A stretch of DNA of 64,000 nucleotides from Candidatus Parvarchaeota archaeon. GTDB lineage: Archaea > Nanobdellota > Nanobdellia > WJKC01. The stretch spans positions 234 to 64,233 of the forward strand of contig JAFCFT010000003.1 of the NCBI GenBank assembly GCA_017608505.1. Direction: 5' to 3'. The position numbers were made by a program, and so were the translations under genes. Shown here piece after piece: positions 62,817-64,000 of the stretch. Positions within the stretch are counted from its first letter, which is position 1; each line of letters begins with the position of its first letter. The notes beneath the pieces are model-generated. The model had not been told where the DNA came from, made no database searches, and worked only from the letters and a program-made list of their open reading frames with translations.

Positions 62817-62889
62817 TAGGCCTGCCAGGATTCGAACCTGGGTCTTCGGGTCCAGAGCCCGACATGCTTGGCCGCTACACCACAGGCCT
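62817..62889 (-). tRNA. tRNA-Gln(CUG), intronless
   Basis: Reverse complement gives AGGCCTG-TG-GTGTAGCGGCCAAGCAT-G-TCGGG-CTCTGGA-CCCGA-AGAC-CCAGG-TTCGAAT-CCTGG-CAGGCCT-A. The A1-U72 pair is typical of archaeal tRNA-Gln. Confidence 0.9.
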
Positions 62890-62972
62890 GTCAAATTTAA
62901 AATAGCGTTGCTCTTTTTTAAATCCTTTGGATAAATAATATTTAAATAGTACTTTAGTAAAAAAATACATAG

Positions 62973-63434
62973 ATGATAGAACTAATAATGCAAATCATTA
63001 TAACAACTAGCTTAATTTTTGGAATAATAATAGGAGAATCAATTGCCATCAGAACATTTGGAATCAGCAACAAATGGTATGCAAATTTAATTGATGTAAT
63101 GTTATTTGTAGTGTTATTAATTTGCCTCCTTAATTTCATTTATTTAAAAGAAATTAACTATTTTTTAATAATAGGATTAAATTTCTTTTTAGGGCTATGC
63201 ACAATACTGCTTACAAAGGGACTGACAACAGGATTTGGGTTTCTAAGTAAAAAAATAATTGAAAAGGTTAATGCGCCAGAAATTACTGATGATGTCTTAA
63301 TAGCAGGGCTTTTAAGGAATTTAAAGAACAAAGGACTTAAAAACGCTGAAATAATGAACATACTTGTAAATTCCGGATTTAATAAAAGAAAAGTAGAATA
63401 TTATATGAATAAAACAATTTATAAGGAACTGTGA
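62973..63434 (+). CDS. Membrane protein (153 aa, 3-4 TM)
   Basis: Hydrophobic N-terminal two-thirds and a basic C-terminal tail. Confidence 0.4.
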   Translation: MIELIMQIIITTSLIFGIIIGESIAIRTFGISNKWYANLIDVMLFVVLLICLLNFIYLKEINYFLIIGLNFFLGLCTILLTKGLTTGFGFLSKKIIEKVNAPEITDDVLIAGLLRNLKNKGLKNAEIMNILVNSGFNKRKVEYYMNKTIYKEL

Positions 63435-63490
63435 GGAACTGAAGGGAACTGATAATCAGATTCCTTAGAACAGGAACAGTACAAAAGGAA

Positions 63491-63976
63491 CTATTCCGCT
63501 TTTTCCTTTATTGCCTTTTTAATTTTAGCTAAATTTCCAGCATTAATAAACCAATATCTCGTGTTTCCTTTCTTAATGCTATTAATTAATCCGGATTTAG
63601 ACAGGTTCATTAGCTTTTTTCTTAAGCCTCTATCTGTTATTTTATATGTCAAGTTATCAAAGATTTCTTGGGTTGAAATTGAATTTTCTTTGTCAAAAGC
63701 AGCATATTGGTACAAAATTTGTATTAAAAGCATATCCTTATCAGGCAAGTCTAATTTTTGATTAGGAACTCTCGCGCCTTGTTCAATTACTTCTTCTGCT
63801 TCCTCCTCTTCGTATATTTCCCCTTCAAACCTATTTATTAGCTGATTTGCAAGTTCTATTAACTTCATGTTGCTTTCTTCCAATCTTTTAAGGCGTTCCT
63901 CGTATTGTTCCGTTATGTTGTTTAGGTGTTTGATCCATTCCCAAGATCTAACTAAAGAGTCTGTAAAAGCATCCAT
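63491..63976 (-). CDS. Coiled-coil plus wHTH protein (161 aa)
   Basis: N-terminal coiled coil and an acidic stretch. C-terminal ISTQEIFDNLTYKITDRGLRKKLMNLSKSGLINSIKKGNTRYW is wHTH-like. Same architecture as 60842-61411. Confidence 0.5.
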   Translation of the reverse strand: MDAFTDSLVRSWEWIKHLNNITEQYEERLKRLEESNMKLIELANQLINRFEGEIYEEEEAEEVIEQGARVPNQKLDLPDKDMLLIQILYQYAAFDKENSISTQEIFDNLTYKITDRGLRKKLMNLSKSGLINSIKKGNTRYWFINAGNLAKIKKAIKEKAE

Positions 63977-64000
63977 TTTCTTTTCTATTTTTTTAATTCC

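Noticed and set aside
62817-62889. tRNA-Gln as an integration site for the surrounding ORFan block.
   Set aside because: I found no duplicate of either end of this tRNA within 59.7-64 kb and no integrase. The idea is kept only as a low-confidence context note.

Overview
AT-rich (about one-third GC by eye) archaeal chromosome segment. All family calls come from motif recognition on the supplied translations or my own hand translation; no searches were run. Small proteins, intron-rich tRNAs and a tRNA-Ile(UAU) suggest a reduced DPANN-type archaeon (inference only). The housekeeping backbone includes signal peptidase, DUF99, RpoL, Nop5-fibrillarin, thermosome, RFC large and small, IleRS, TBP, MCM, an OB+wH protein, aIF2-beta, DUF424, aIF1A, RIO kinase with a KH protein, topoisomerase VI B/A, TIP49, a metal ABC transporter and a Trx-CcdA fusion. 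Five tRNAs are present, three with introns; two of these have non-canonical T-loop introns. The main accessory content is as follows. (1) A 14-kb co-directional type IV pilus / Tad-like locus (7.1-21.1 kb) has two near-duplicate major pilins, four more pilin-like proteins including a 938-aa glycoprotein-like giant, and a split TadB/TadC-like platform. Its secretion ATPase is interrupted by two LAGLIDADG inteins. (2) Two small islands are bounded by direct repeats of tRNA 3' ends. One is a 1.9-kb island at tRNA-Asn carrying a C45/Ntn-hydrolase-like gene. The other is a 0.55-kb RHH-RelE cassette at an intron-containing tRNA-Leu. (3) A type II R-M pair has an apparently permuted amino-MTase and an untracked Zn-ribbon micro-ORF. 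(4) A cluster holds two UbiA genes, two paralogous polytopic membrane proteins, a methyltransferase and an acyltransferase. (5) An ORFan region (59.7-64 kb) carries two unrelated repeat arrays: a 21-bp x4 tandem array that also reads as a heptad micro-ORF, and a polypurine tract with six AAAAGYGAGRRTT copies. Two untracked small ORFs were found by hand: eL41-like and Zn-ribbon. No CRISPR array, rRNA or recognisable integrase/transposase was seen.
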